In this document: positions 33,501-47,200 of the stretch, piece after piece
How positions within the stretch are numbered: position 1 is the first letter of the stretch
How the letters are laid out: each line of letters opens with the position of its first letter
Assembly: GCF_000150275.1 (NCBI RefSeq)
Contig: NW_002060943.1
Location: 6,564,299 to 6,628,298, forward strand
DNA length: 64,000 nucleotides
Direction: 5' to 3'
From: Trichoplax adhaerens
Taxonomy: Eukaryota; Animalia; Placozoa
The notes under the pieces: generated by a model
The model's input: only the letters and a program-made list of their open reading frames with translations
Databases searched by the model: none
Told to the model about the DNA's origin: nothing
Program-made: the position numbers and the translations under genes

Positions 33501-36124
33501 CGTAGTGCTCTATGACTGTCTGTTTCAGCTCTAATAGTAAAAGGTGGTTATTATGAAATTAAATTTTCTAAAGTTATCTACACAAATAATGATATAAATA
33601 GTTCCCAACCGTGTCCTTGCATCCTTTTCCAGCTCTAGTTCCTGCAAGATTCGCTGTTGCTCAGCTGTTAGATTTCTTATAACGTCGTAAAGCGCATTTT
33701 TACTATCCTGTATCTAATCAAAAATTATCATTGGATATTACGTTTATAACTTCATAAACATTATAGGCATTGAACATACTTTATTGAATTTGAATTAAAA
33801 ATTATGTTATTCAGATGAGAAGGTTGTAATAATACATTTGTACTACCTCATTCTCTGAATCGGCGAATCGTACGGTAACTTTTTTGGCGGTAGAAGTCTA
33901 TTGATAAAAAGCATAGTAATTTTTATAAAGAAATTACTCTTCTAGACAATTCATTCCGAACATATAGCTATAATATCATTTATACCTTATAATTAAGTGG
34001 AGAAGATAATGGTGAGGTGGACTGTCTTGGAGAGGCTGTACATTAATTTTAGCACATGCTTAGACACATGATATGCAATTATTAGAACAAAATCTACTTA
34101 GTTTGCTTACCAGTTCTGTCCGTTGGTCGTCGATAATCGCTTGTATTTGCAATGCTAATTAAAATTTGTTACAAACTACTTTATTAATACAAGTGATTAT
34201 AAGTAATTTACCGTTACATACAGACAAACCTGGATTCATCTTGTCTAGATCGGCGATTGCGATGTAACCGTTGGGAGCGTAGTTGCTCCGTGGATCGATT
34301 TAATTCATCTCGTAACTGAGTTTATTATAATGTAAAGTTAGTCATTTTTCAGTACGATCCAGACGATTATTTTCAAAGCTGTAGTCTGACAATTTTAACA
34401 AATAAATTTTAGAGTAAATAACGAAAAGGAATATACATTGCCGATTTCACGCTCTGTATCAGCGCCCAAATCACGGTAGTGATTAATAATGCGTTTTGTA
34501 CTTGACATTAATATCTGTTAAAGATAAATGAAAAAATGCTTCGTCAGGGATACTCTAAATTACAGCATATAGTAGTTGAAAGATAATAAACTATTAACAA
34601 ACGTATGAAGCTACTGTAGTAATAAAAAATCGGAATAATTTATCAAAATACCTTTTCTGGATAATTGACTTCTTGTTGATCTAAATCTTTACGACTACGG
34701 TAGGGAGACGTGTTATAACTCTGGGTCGACGGGCTTGTTTCTTTGCTAAGATCAACAAGGGTGCTTATTTTTATATTACTTTCGACTTAAAAATTTAGAT
34801 TGGCAGTTAAAAATTGATAATCATAGCGGTTTGGAATTCATTGCAGTGTGATATTCTTTCCCTTTTCATATATATCTACAATTTATTGGTTATTATCTGA
34901 AAATTAATATCAATCTTAACCTGTAATAAATTGGATAATGAGGCAGTTCTGAATTTCTGTGAGAAGCTGAATGTTGCCTAATATCTTTACGTATTGAGGA
35001 TTTAATTGAAGTAGGATATTGATTTCTGACGAAAGCAATAGAAAATTTTTGGAAAGGTCACAAGAGTAGCTAGATATTGCAACGCCAAGATGACCTACTG
35101 CAATTCAATAACAATATTACGATAACAACGCTAAAAGACTTACGGTTGATGTGACCTTAGATAATTGTTATAATACGGTGGTGAGCTCTCTAGGTTATCT
35201 CTCGACAATTTATTAGGTGTACTAGCAACTCGAGATGTGTATGGTACTTTGACTCTTTGAGGTATATGAGTAGCTCCAGTTGATGATTTCTTAAAGTTTT
35301 GATTACTTGTACGTTGAGTGATTCGATTTCTGCTAGGGGTTGAAGTCAAATTTGGCCGTTCAGGATCTGAAGTAAAATTGACAATTGGATATTTTTGTCT
35401 AAAATTGGTAGAATGTTGTGGTCGATTATTGATGAGAGATTTATTTAAACGTTGAACAGAATCACTAGATTGATCATTATTATAGTCGGGCTGAAGTTGC
35501 AGTGAATTATTTTCTTGTGGTAGGAACGAAAGATGTGATGGTATATCTGCAGAATTTTGTTGTTGAGTACTACTGGCAGATGTATTTAAACGTTGAGCAG
35601 GATAGCCAGACTGATGAGTATTATGGTCGGGTTGATATTGTAGTAAACTACTTTCTTGTCTTAGGTTCAAGATAGGCGATGGTACTGTAGGATTCTGGTT
35701 GAAATCTAAATCAAATCATCGATTAACGGATATAGTTAGTCGATCGTGAAATATTTTCGATCATGAGAACGTTTCAAATTCGTACGACATATCAAGTTGA
35801 TAGGATTTCATCACCTGATGTCGAAGACGTTGATTTAATGTCACCGTTATCAACTAATGGTTCCCTGTAAATATTTTCCATTGACTGAATTTTAGTAATT
35901 AATCTCAATAGAAGCTGCATTAAAATATAGCAACTTCAACATTATTTCTTTCAAGATATATTACTATTACATTCTCACTCAATCATTACATAGCAATAAT
36001 ACGGTCTGTACTCAACCTACAGATGTTTAAGGTCGATTTCTTCAATTTGGTCACTGTGTTCTTGGCGAGGAGTAAAAATATCTTCAGCAGAATCTAACTC
36101 CCACGGCAAGGGTTCATCTGCCAT
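24558..36124 (-). CDS. CEP128: Centrosomal coiled-coil protein CEP128 orthologue, many short exons, with a low-complexity N-terminal extension
   Basis: Long heptad coiled-coil exons (ORFs 30514-30891, 30989-31351). Peptides LRDELNRSTEQLRSQRLHRN (~34315-34255) and GADPQNEPHRWLSEVT|..SQIHWIKE (~26520-26300) resemble recalled human CEP128 LEQSIDQLRSQRLLRN and DPHRWLAESKTKLQWLCE. Start MADEPLPWELD at 36124; last exon DWRNILFG* at 24558. Terminal exons are less certain. Confidence 0.75.
29118..29303. repeat. Diverged ~110 bp duplication in a CEP128 intron
   Basis: AATTG.TACAT(T)GCTGAT.TAATTATATTG.T.TCG.AT.AG...GTTATTCT occurs twice. Confidence 0.7.
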
Positions 36125-38148
36125 CCACGATTGATAACTTAAACTTGAGAAAGGCACTTGCTGTAGTAATGCTACTAGTAAATGGAGATGAATTTATCTA
36201 GCGATCAAGCATTTGTACATACAGACGCATCATATTAATTATATCAATTGTTTAAGAATCCTAGTACGGTTGAATTAATATCAGGCAACAGACCAATACT
36301 ATATGGGGTGTAACCGTTGGCAATAATCTAGATTAACCTTTAACTACGTTATTTATGCATTTTACTTGCAAAGCAAGTACAAATGCAAGTACTGCAACAG
36401 GATCTAGCGACATATGAATTAAGTCCTAATAAACATCCGGATAGTCTGCACAAGTAATTGCTAAGTGTATTAATTGCAAACTTGATCGGTAGGTAACTAT
36501 TATACATGAAATTGATACTGTCTGTGTTAGTTAAGTAGGCTTCAGTTGAAATTTTTATTCAAAACCATTGCTGTTTCAAGTGAATATGAAATGTCACACT
36601 CTATCTTACAGTGTGGGTTGAATTTGCGTTGTAGACTAAGCCTTTGTAGTGGCTTAATAAACTCTTGATTTCGCTACGCGCTTAAGTCACTGTAGTGATG
36701 CACCCATATTTGATTATACAGATACCTATATTTGATATAGTTAGGTTGCTTTGAATAGATATTACCGTGAAGCTAATATTAGTTGATTGCTAACTACTAC
36801 ATTAGAAATCGTTGATGACTAATAGTAGCCAGTTGACTAATTATCGTACAAGATTGATGTAGCTAGAAACACTGTAGTTGTTAAGATGCCCTTCGGAGAA
36901 AGGGCCTAGACGTTAATAGAAGAGTAGCGACATCTTAAGTAGAATGATTTCGATTGTAGAAAATATTGATGTACTATTAGAGAAAAGTATTTTGTTTGAT
37001 GACTCAAGTCTGATTGTACTGTAGATTAATCAAGTTGTCATAAATGGATTGAACGAAATGTGTATAAGAACTGCAGAGATGAGCTCACAGAGGAGGAGAG
37101 ACTTCGCTTTGCTTTGAGCTCGGAATACTTTCGATTTTAGTCTTGATTCTTGTAGGAATTAATTATTGCTCTACTATTCGTAAAACCTTGTAATAAAAGC
37201 GTATCAGAAAATACCATTTGACTAAGATAGTTATTGTGAGACGCATTTATTACAGTCACACGAATTTCAATCTGCAAAATAAATGCTTCCATTACGGTAG
37301 AATTGCAGTCTGTCACATTATTTAGACATGATTACTTGTTTCTTTGTGGACAAAACCTGCCTTATGGGTTCATGGTTGGACTAGTTTGACCTATTCATTC
37401 ATCTTATAATTTACTACCAAAATGAAGTCACAATAATTTCGTAATACTAAGACTAGCACTAAAACCGTAGTAATTTTTAGCATAATATAAAAATATTTAT
37501 CTTTGTTATTTGCGATTTATTGTTACAACATTTATAACACTAAGATATATGATTTAGTTTTATTATTCCATTAACAGCAATTGGATAGTGATTGCTAGTA
37601 ACTAAGACATTTGCCATGTTTATCGATGATATTACCAATGATAGACGCTGAATGCCTGGTGAATAGGCCCATTTTCTATACTTGAGTTTTAAGAACACTG
37701 TGCGTGCGTCACCGATGACGATAGTCTTAATCTATCTATATCAGACTGCTCAAAGCACTTAGCAGATATTTTCTTTGCATGAAGAGTTTGCATGCATACA
37801 AAATTATATCGTGTATAACGTGCATGTTTGCACAAGTCCAATCATCTTTGTCCCTTGTATTATAAATGTAATTTAATTAGAGATGGCTGCATTATACTGT
37901 AATGAAAAGTCGATCATTTGAGCCATTGAGCGAGATAGATTAAGCACTTGTGCAGTATCTATTTCAATATTTCTTTTTCAATGGATATGATTGTTTCCTA
38001 CCGAAATTGCTCAGTGGTAGCATCATAAATGACGATAGATCTTGTATGTAGACCATAATCCTCCATGGAGGTGAAAAAAATAACAACAACACTCGTCATA
38101 TACAGTAGTTCTGAACAAGAGATTTTAAATCACTGCCAGACAACTATT

Positions 38149-38366
38149 ACAGCCACGCCATTAATGGATTTCAACAACGATTCATACATAGGTCGTGTGC
38201 TCATTCACCTAACGTACATTGTACATTGATTTACTAAGTCCACAGGATACTATACGTCGATAGCCATTTTCAATTTTACAATGTTTATGACTCAGATGTA
38301 TCGATTTTGAGTTGGTAACAGATAACAGCCAAGCTATCCATTGATTTCAACAAGGATTCATACATC
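38149..38366. repeat. Diverged ~175 bp duplication
   Basis: ACAGCCA...GATTTCAACAA.GATTCATACAT at ~38150 and ~38325. Confidence 0.6.
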
Positions 38367-38939
38367 GAATGATCATTAATGTATCTCGATTTGTTTAATT
38401 TGCATGATCTACTACTGTACTTACGGTGATTCTTGTCTTAAATTGTAGAAGTTGCCAGTGAGTGAATTCTCCTAACACATACTCTACTCTCTTAGAACAG
38501 CGATTGATAACGTAATTAGTATAACCTACTCACCATATAGGAAGAGGCAAGAAGAGTCCCCAAACTCTTCAAGGATAGAATCTACCTTCAAATTGAGTTA
38601 ATGCCTTGATTCTTCAATGTGTATTTTATTTCCTATTTTATTATTGGAAGTCTATTTACGGTTATTTAAATTTAAAAATGAATTATCCCAGTGAATTATG
38701 TAAATGAGCAAAGACGGCAGTTTACGCCAGGTAGTATCCGTCATCGTGGATAGTACGCTACTGTACAGTATATGAAGAATGGAGTATAGTATGAGATAGT
38801 GGATGGGCCGACGTTGGTCAACATAGGATGGTACTAAAGTAGTACTTGAATCTACAGTACGTAGTGGTGTCACAGCTGCAGTAGTGTCACATCAGTGACT
38901 ACAATACCAACGATAACAAAGAAAGTATTGTTCGAAAAA

Positions 38940-39660
38940 CGTATCCACCAATCGTCATAGCTGTGGCCTGATTGAATAACAAAAGGCTTGGATTTGAATC
39001 GTAACCGCTGGTCACCACCGTTCACTGGCGTCACAGTACCACCAGTCCGCAGTCGATCGGTCAGTACAACCAGTGGAAGAATATTACGCATGCGTAAACA
39101 GAAGGGCGCAAAATTCAAAACTGACTGTTCTATGCCCCTGTGGTTAATGCAAGAAAAATTGTCGAGTAGTGTGCAGTACAGAGAGAACATAACCAGAGAA
39201 CATACAGTACAGAGAGAACATAACCAGAGAACGTACAGTAAAGAGAGAACATCAGAACAGTACAGAGAGAACATAACCACAGAACGTACAGTAAGTAAAG
39301 AGAGAACATAACCACAGAACGTACAGTAAAGAGAGAACATAACCACAGAACGTACAGTACAGTACAGAAAAGTATCGACCCAGAAGGACTCAGTGAATCT
39401 TTGTTGATTGGTAACAAGAGAAACGTCAGTCTAGCGATCGACTGCTCGATTAGGTGACCATCAACGAGTCAACTACAGTCGCCTCTCGTCTTGACGAGCG
39501 TCAGTGCAAATTCCAAATCCTTCTCTACACAGTCGTGAGAAGTGTAAGAAAAAGGTGATCGTCGAGTGCAAGAAATTTTTCAACATTGAAGGTTAGAAAT
39601 AGCACCGGAGCGATATTATTTCGCCATTCACAACCTTGATAGCATTGGCGGATTATAATA
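38940..39660. promoter_or_regulatory. Putative shared cell-cycle (G2/M-type) promoter region of CEP128 and KNL1
   Basis: GC-enriched island. CDE-CHR match GGGCGC-AAAA-TTCAAA (39104-39119), palindrome TTACGCATGCGTAA (39084-39097), TTTGAA (38993), CCAAT/ATTGG at 38948, 39407 and ~39644. Splice acceptors sit just upstream of both ATGs (41200; 36161). Confidence 0.55.
39172..39366. repeat. Minisatellite, ~31 bp unit AGAGAGAACATAACCACAGAACGTACAGTA(A/C), ~6 copies
   Basis: Near-identical tandem copies visible directly; one copy is internally shortened. Confidence 0.92.
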
Positions 39661-40776
39661 AAGTTAACCGTTGATAGCGCTAAAACTACTACTGTACTGT
39701 AGTAGTAATTATTTACAGGCAACCAACAGTTCCCACTATCCGAGTTAGGAATGTTTCGGTCGTAGTTATCTCCGTAAAAAAAACGTATTATCGTTGCACA
39801 CATCATAGATGGATCCATTCCAGCCAAGGTTACTTGGTCTATTTCACACAACACTACTACTATTTAGTTGATAACGGATAGTTGTAAATGAATTGAATAT
39901 GAACATTGAATTAGGAATACATCCACAGTGCCAATATTAATTTATTGACAAATGCCATACAGTAAGCAACCCGTACAAAGGATCTTTCAGGTATTTTGTA
40001 GGTGTTCAAAGGAACGTTAGACTTGTCAGATCAGAACGCTGTAACTACTGATGGCAACAACTCATACTGCACACTGTAATAGAGGGCCTCTAGTGGACAT
40101 ACTGTCACACTTTGAATACTGTATTGCTGAACCGGATCAAATCAATCTTATTCGATCAGCTAATACTGTACAATGATGGAAAACGGATGAGTTTATACCA
40201 TCGAGATAAAATTATCTCTGTGCTTACATAGATGCTAGAACTGGCGAAAATCAACTTACAGTTTTACGCATTTAATGAAACCAATTTTATCCTGCAAGTA
40301 CAATACGTAGATATAGAAATTCGCATGCAGTCCTAGATCGTCCTTACTTTAGGCTTCTTTACTGATACTGCATTAAGTCAAGTGATGATCGAGCATTCTA
40401 TTCTATATCGTGGATCAATATTGATCCGCTAATACAGTACATTGAGCAACAAGTGACTCTCAATCTACTGGCGCTAATTTTGGATGCCTAATAAAATATT
40501 TTCCATTGCTTCCGATATAGTCAAATACAAAAATAGATATTATCGAACGATAAACTCCTACGCATTCATGGCTAGTGATTGCCCTTCCAAGAAATAAATC
40601 GACCAACATAGACATACTGTATTTGTAAGGTAAATTATACGCGTACAAACATCTATGATTATGGTAATCTCGCAATGACATATACCCCAACACAAAGAAA
40701 TAATCATTTTCTGATCGAAACGCACATCTTTGATTAATGACTTTCCAAAGGTGTTCTCTTTTCTAAATTACAGTAT

Positions 40777-41072
40777 GTTAACTGCTACAGCATTATGCTT
40801 ACACATAACAGATTACGCATTATCAAGAAATGTGCCACGCATAGTTACGCGGTTTCGTAGAGCAAAATATTGCATTTTTACTGTCACAAAAACAACATCG
40901 AATGTCTTCACTGTGCTATAGTAACTGTTACAGCATTATGCTTACACATAACAAATCACGCATTTTTAAGAAATGTGCCACGCATAGTTACGCGGTTTTC
41001 TAGAGAAAAACATTGCATTACAGTCACAAAAAACAACACCGAATGTTTTCGCCTAGTATATTACAGTGCTGT
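40777..41072. repeat. ~145 bp tandem duplication, high identity
   Basis: TAACTG.TACAGCATTATGCTTACACATAACA...AAGAAATGTGCCACGCATAGTTACGCGGTTT..TAGAG...GTCACAAAAA occurs twice. Confidence 0.92.
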
Positions 41073-41221
41073 AGTCAAAGTTGTATACGTACGTATATTA
41101 CAAATTCAATGAACTTATTAAGAATACTGCTTACAGTTAATAACCTTCAAAAATTTACTCTCTCAACCTTGCTCAAGCCTTTTCTCTTTCAAAATTATAG
41201 GCATTGGATGATTATTAAGTT

Positions 41222-44200
41222 ATGGCATCAAAAACGAAGAGAAGAAGCAGTGTAAGTGTGATTTTATTTCTCTAACACCATCTGAAAGTGCAAAAAAAAG
41301 TAGCTGTATTTCTACCTCTCATCTCTGTAGTAATGCACCCATCACGTATGTGATACCAAACTGGTATTGTATGCTGACCGAAAAGAGTGTCGTTTACGGT
41401 ATTTGATTGATCGGTTGATCTCTAAGGAATCTACAAACACTTGATTTCAAACACTTGATTTATATTTTGGCAATGTACAGTACAATCTCACTGTTGATGT
41501 CACTCTCTTAAACTTAATTGTTTGATACAACATGCAATAATATGATAGGTAGTCGGCATTAATTGTATCAAGGTTAAATCTACAAAGTGTAGACTTCTAA
41601 ATATGCGATACTCCAGCTGACTAGCTATTGCAGTAGCATGTGTATGATCGGTTCATTTTTTCTGCTCTATAAATATTCATCTGCGCTAATCGACATTTCA
41701 CTTTCTCTCCATTATTCAGATCCTAAAATCTACCCAGTCGCCAAGATTAAGTATCGAAGGCGAACTACAAGTCAACAAGGTTAATAACGTCAGCGCTGTG
41801 TTAGAAATAAATTGTATAATATTCTGTGCAGTGTTGAGTCGACACATACTTTCTTTAAAACTTGATGGCCAACAACATTAGATTAAATTAAAATTTGTTG
41901 GTCGGTTCTATAGTCAAATGGTCTTAGTTACCCTGTATACCCAATGATTATTCATTGATAGCAGATGTAGTGGTATCGACCGAGTAGTAAATTAATGACA
42001 ATTTGTATCAAAATAATCATATCATACAATTCATGTTAATCGCCTTTGTTCTATGTCGTACTTCTACGCAGGAAAATGACGATATAGGGAAATCAAGGTA
42101 CGTAACTATGTAAATACATAACTTTGTATTTACTTTATTGTACTAGATTATTGTCTGATATTACTAGAGATCGCTGTTGTTTTATTGGACGTAAAATTAC
42201 TGCTGATGATGTTCACTAATGTATAAGAGACTACAAGCTTACATTTGCTAATAAAAATGGTAACTTAAACAGAAAAAATCTCTCGTTGTCTTGCGTGCTA
42301 AGTTATGCACTATGCGATACTTTGTCAAGAAGTAAAGCCGATTTAGTTATTTTAGAACTAGTTGCCCGTAATACAAGAGAAAAAATTACAAAGATAGTGG
42401 CTGTTTAATGTAATAAACCTAAATTTCCTTTAATTTCAGAACTTGAATTTTATTTATTATGTGAATACATTTATAGGGCTAAGAAGAAGAGGAGATCATC
42501 TAACAGAAGAGTTAGTTTTGCGGATACAAACGATATCAAGTAAGTGTATCAGTACAAATATGCTAAAGATACTTATCAGAATTAAGCTGTTTCTGTCTGT
42601 AATAAATATAATTCAATAAAATGTAGGTGCCAGGCTGAGTATATAGCAATTTAATGAATTAAATCTTATCCATTTTAATCTATCACTACATAGAGAATTC
42701 ATTCGAGATGAAGGTATTTTATCTCAGCCTGCTAAGCTTCCTAACCCCTCAATACCAGGTATGAATTTTAATTTGTTCGTCGTATGATGTATCATATTTG
42801 AGATTTGTACAATAAAGCAAGAAACGTTTGTTCATTGGCCTGATCCCAATCAACAAAAGAAGCTAAAAAAATCGTAGGAATCAGGCTAATGAGCAAACCT
42901 TTCTTGCAGATTAATTATATGAATTGTTTCTTACGATATATAACCACGCATTAACTGTTGGTGTAATATATTGGTATTGGTATTTTAAATAGGTTTAGAA
43001 ATGTTACTCACTGGGGAAATTAAAACATCGCCACTAGAAAATCAAAGTATGAAATCTCTAGAGGCTACTTTTTTCAATTTTCCTGCGACTAACCGTGTAA
43101 CAATAATCACATATTATTGTGTATGTAATTACAACTTTTATGAAACATTTATAGGTGAAGTAGAAGATAACTTTGGTAAATCTAAGAATGAGCCCCTTAA
43201 GGAAATTATTAAAAGTAGGTATAGTTAAGGACGTAGCTGATGGATGTTACAGAGTAGTAATTGTCAGCATGTACTTGTTACCTAACTAAGCAGATAACAG
43301 AATGACGGTTAAGATGAACACCCCATCTCCTAAGAAAAAAGTTCCAGGTTAGCTATGCCCTATTAGTTACATATTCCAACTTTTGCGGTAGTACTTATAC
43401 ACAAACTGCACATAAATTAGAGTAATTTCACATTTGAAAAGTAAATTAACATTTAAACGTTACTGTACCCAGCCATAGGGCTTCGTAGATCACCCCGCAT
43501 TCTGAAAAGAATGCAAACAGAAGACGATGATGATCCCGTCGGTAATAATTTGAATTGATACTGTTTATTATTAATTTCTATTTACAAGAGTATATTCACG
43601 TCCTATTAAGTAAAACCTTTATGCAGATTTTCGTAAGATTGATTCACCTTCAGGTCGAATGAATCCTACGAAAATCTGGACTAGATTAATCTGTTAAAGA
43701 CTTAAAGGTGATATAATTATAGGTGTAATGAAACCCCTATCCCAAGGCACCAATCGAAACAGTGATAATGATTTGACTGTTGAGATGATTATAAATTGTC
43801 ATCGACATCTCGATTGGTATTTTGGGATAGAGATGTTATCAACAGTCGTGATGATAATTGTAACTCAATGAAAAGAGTGTGCTAGAATATTGATCAAACT
43901 GGTAACGATACTCTTGTCGGTAATTTTGAACGTCTAGACATGAATACCACAATGGAAATGACATGCGTGGCAAATAATCAAACTTGTGACAAGACTTTAA
44001 CTGATCGTACTGAATTAAAAAATGAAACCATGGAACTTACCTATTGGAAAGAAACTAGCACTGGCGAGAATATTGCTCGCTTAGGTAATAATCCGCCTGA
44101 AGAAAGCAATGAAGATTCTTTCTATGGTAAAGATCTACCGGAAACATCGATGCAATCATTTATCGACACATTAATACCAACGGGTGGTCAGAACTTCTGT

Positions 44201-47200
44201 ATTCCGCCAGAAAGGGATTTCAGCAATGAAAATGTTACTCGTATACTATCGTCAATTGCTACTCCTCCGTTCAAGAAATTCAAAAAAGAATCTACAGTCG
44301 AAACTGAAAATACAGCTTTCGAAAATTTGTCAATGGAATTTGACAGTATGCTAGAAGTTACTCCACTAGATGGTGGGCCAACTAAATCTTCAGCTAAAGC
44401 AGTTAACGAATCTATTCAAGTAAAAGCTGTTAATAATTCGGCACTCTCTGAAAATTTGACCACAAACGACGAAAATTCAAACACAATAAATAAATCCGAT
44501 ATAAATCAGCCTATGACGTCTGATGTTTTACAAATTGTAGCTAAAGATTTTATTGCTAGCAAGGGAGAATATACGGAATTTCATGATTTACATGACATTC
44601 TATCTGAGACAACAGCAGAAAAACATGATCTGAACGATGAAGACCAAACAACTTCAATGGGTACATTTTACTTAGACTCTCAAGCAATTACTGAAAAAGC
44701 CAACACAAATGATAATAACGTAACATTGCCATCACCAAAAGTAGTTACCAGTAAAATGTCTACAATTGAAAAACAGATGGAATGCTCCGATATTGATCTT
44801 ACTTTATGTGAAAGTAGTCATCCAATTTCGCAACTGCCCGATGCTTCAGTAGAATTAGTGCAGACCGACGCAACTATACGCGAAAATGAAAGTACTGATA
44901 ATTATTCAGTCCCGACAGCAATCAATATCCAAAACACCGAAAATTCTAATCATTTTAGCTTAAATAATACAAGCCCCCCTCAATTACCAGACTCAAAACG
45001 TAATTCTGATACTACGATAGGCCCGATAGAATCGCCGGTATCTGAAATACGCGTAAAAGCTACGAACTGTTCGAAAACTACTTTCGAAGAAATACACTCG
45101 GAATCGAAAGAGCCGTCAATTATTTCAAGCCAAATAGAACTGGCGACTTCGAAAGATGTAAACCTTGAATCTATGTTGATAAGCGACATTGATACTATCG
45201 TCAAGCCTACTCTTGTAATTTCAAGCACCGCTTTTAAGTCACCATTGCGCACGATAAATACCTCATTGGACTTAAACTGGAGTTTGTCGGTCAAGAATGA
45301 AAATATCCAAAAAAGTCATACAATCAACGATACCACAACGTCAGTGAATGAAAGCATGGATGTTACAGTTAAATCACCACTTCCACAGCTAAGCAATTCT
45401 TCAGATTTACTTCAAAATCAATCTAAAAGAGAAGATATTACTAACCCTGATATTGAGCCGAAAACATTAGCGAATAGCTTAAGATGTAATGACGACTGCG
45501 ATGGTAGTCATATTAATTCGAATATGAACGCTAGTAACGCTGTGGTTGCTGAATCCAACATCAATGCCTCAATTATCCGATCTAATCCTGACAAGGCATC
45601 AATAAACAATAACACAGTTACCTTAAGCGACCCTGTCAATAAACCGACTGATGGTGATACTTTTACCAAGAATGAACTAGAGATTATGAAATGTAACAGC
45701 TTTGATGACATAAAAGAACAATTTGAATTACGAAACGAGGCTCCTATTGATTTAGTATCAATTTCTAATGCCTCAGAGGATACTGAAAACTCTAAAGAAA
45801 TCAATGCTACCTCACCCGATAAGTAAGCAAGTGCTAAACGTTTTAATATGCTTCTCACGCATATGTCGCCATCGGAGCAATCAAATTAATTTAGACATAT
45901 AACAGAAATTAAATTCAGTGGCATTTCTTACAAAGAGTTTTGATATTAATCGATTTTATGTACTATTCGACTTTCAGGCAGCAATTAACGACTGTTGATA
46001 CGCAGCCCATGACTACGGTAAAAGCGTCACAATGCAATACGCGTATAGATTAAAGCTAATTTTCTTATCCTGGCAAACTTTACGTTACCATGCTCTTATA
46101 ATTTATAGGAAGAAAGTCATACGGAGCCTTCTTACTCTTTGGAAGATTTATTAAGATACCTTGGTATCAGCTTCGGTAACAAATACTGTACGAAGCGAAG
46201 GCACACCACTTATCGAGGAATTGTAAGATAATTGTATAGCCGCACTATTTTTGGCAAATCATGTTCGTATAAATATTACATCAATCTTATCCCCCATAAT
46301 CGCAGGATAAGCATCCTCCGACTTTAGCTGAGGCTTGGAAAGATCAAGCAATTACACGATTGAAAGTTGATTTATATAATGACGCTAGTAGCTCCATAGA
46401 GGAACGGATTGAGAGGTATAGCCGTAGCATTAACCTCTCACGCTGTACCCGCATCTACCAATTTTTGATGAATTATTAATATTAACTTCTATTCGAAAAT
46501 TGTGCATCTCATTTTTCAGTTTGGATTCCGATAGTAATAAATGTGCTAGAAAATTAATTACTATGTTGCCAGAACTTTATGCAGACCTCGGAAAGAATGA
46601 GAATGCCAATGTAAGTACAAAATTTTACTATAAATTGGCGGAACAAGAAACTATAGTTTAATGTGTTTATAAAATTGAAGGCTATCAGAGACAAAATGCA
46701 AGCTTTTAAAAGAATAAACGAGGAGGGAGCTAAATATCAGTGGATGAAATGGAAACTTGAAATAAACGATAATCTTCTAAGCAACCTAACGGTAATGAAC
46801 ATATTAGCCGCATAATTAGGATTCAATCTCTAATCAAATTTTGCAACATTATTCCAGAATAAGATCAGTGACATAGAAGGAGATATCAACCAGCAAAAGC
46901 AAACAAAAGAAGCCAGTGAACAGTTGTGCCTTACAATGCAGAAAGGTAAAGACACTGAGAAATGTATTTACTTCAAATAGATCGTATTCTGATAATGTAG
47001 AGCAATTTGATATCTGCGATATAACCCTATACTTTGCTTATTATAACAGCTATAGAAAATGGTGTTGCTAATCTGGAGCGAAAAGCTAATGAAAAAGAGG
47101 TAATTGAAATATATTAGTCTCGACATACCTAACCTATTTTATCCGTTACTCATAAATTTGTTTATATCATTACTAGAACCAACGAAACGAAGAGATAGAA

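Noticed and set aside
39172-39366. Possible CRISPR array
   Set aside because: Units are contiguous with no unique spacers, there are no cas genes, and the context is eukaryotic.
38870-39417. Overlapping ORFs (158, 107 and 95 aa) with repeated MFSLYC / QRENIT peptides
   Set aside because: Translations of the minisatellite; no domain or exon context.
40730-41112. Two similar short ORFs (TALCLHIT...RNVPRIVTRF)
   Set aside because: Products of the 145-bp tandem duplication in the probable KNL1 5' UTR intron; they start at TTG and are in different frames.
41435-41461. 14-bp direct repeat AAACACTTGATTT(C)
   Set aside because: A simple slippage duplication with no element between the copies, so not a target-site duplication.
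44980-45858. Minus-strand ORFs of 104 and 116 aa
   Set aside because: Antisense shadows of the large KNL1 exon.
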